A stretch of DNA of 64,000 bases, taken from contig JANNMO010000013.1 in NCBI GenBank assembly GCA_031398005.1, positions 29,953 to 93,952 on the forward strand, written 5' to 3'. The notes under the pieces were generated by a model. That model saw nothing but the letters and a program-made list of their open reading frames with translations. It was not told where the DNA came from and ran no database searches. This document shows, one piece after another, positions 63,746 through 64,000 of this stretch. Each line of letters starts with the position of its first letter. Positions within the stretch are counted from its first letter, which is position 1. The position numbers were made by a program, and so were the translations under genes. This DNA comes from Ferruginibacter sp. (GTDB taxonomy: Bacteria > Bacteroidota > Bacteroidia > Chitinophagales > Chitinophagaceae).

Positions 63746-63763
63746 GTTATTAAAAAAATCCCT

Positions 63764-64000
63764 TCACCCCACCCACCATTCCCCACCTCTCACTATCTGT
63801 GCCGGATATTCCTCTGGCAAATACTCTCCTTCCAACACTTTCTTCAACATCTCTTCCTTCCCCTTCCCTGCAACTAAAAATAAAATATGCTTTGCATTAT
63901 TTATTAACGGAGCAGTAAAACTAACTCTGTACATTTTTATTTCGGCCACATACACTTCTTTAACCAATGCATTTTGTTCGTACAAAATAGTTGTGTGAGG
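63764..64000 (-). CDS. pgl: 6-phosphogluconolactonase, C-terminal part (5' end beyond window)
   Basis: Frame is open to base 64000 (PHTTILYEQNALVKEVYVAEIKMYRVSFTAPLINNAKHILFLVAGKGKEEMLKKVLEG...), the typical Pgl/DevB C-terminal half. The track shows only a TTG-initiated fragment. Confidence 0.6.
   Translation of the reverse strand, partial: PHTTILYEQNALVKEVYVAEIKMYRVSFTAPLINNAKHILFLVAGKGKEEMLKKVLEGEYLPEEYPAQIVRGGEWWVG

Overview
AT-rich window (about one-third G+C by eye). The gene content points to a Bacteroidota chromosome, probably Chitinophagia/Sphingobacteriia-like: a T9SS PorV/PorU-like pair, T9SS C-terminal sorting domains, DUF1573, GxxExxY, a BlaI/BlaR1-like pair, and few Shine-Dalgarno sequences. 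I support about 55 protein-coding genes. They include a partial PolX, rplU-rpmA plus a tiny histone-H1-like ORF, a two-component pair, an AraC/GlxA-controlled set of small detox-type proteins, PlsC-like, PriA and a BNR-propeller plus tail-fibre-like pair. Further along are MurB, an AAA+ (ChlI-like) ATPase and VWA pair split by a GxxExxY gene, PorV-like / giant C25 PorU-like / T9SS substrate, an Hsp70, and two acyltransferase-3 genes plus FkbM. The rest are YebC, Fic-wHTH, M48 peptidase, MnmA, DinB, GNAT, an aminotransferase, TetR + ABC/HlyD/TolC, an amidohydrolase, DUF2200, DUF5916, BlaI/BlaR1-like and a partial 6-phosphogluconolactonase. I saw no rRNA, tRNA, CRISPR array, transposase or integrase. 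The most unusual signals are non-genic. (1) G+C-rich palindromic mini-elements occur in spacers and also in frame inside a GNAT gene and an Hsp70 gene, which is RPE-like behaviour. (2) A ~122-nt intergenic element is present twice, with a bulged hairpin supported by fully compensatory changes. (3) A 240-260 bp element is present twice upstream of minus-strand genes; it has a conserved hairpin and a substitution pattern that looks coding (a double-glycine-leader-like peptide) but has no start codon. (4) A GxxExxY cassette with repeat-rich flanks is wedged into an ATPase-VWA pair, next to a 160-bp polypyrimidine tract carrying nine CTCCTT words. (5) Short-period microsatellite arrays sit directly after many stop codons. 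All product calls come from motif recognition on translated ORFs; no similarity search or folding program could be run.
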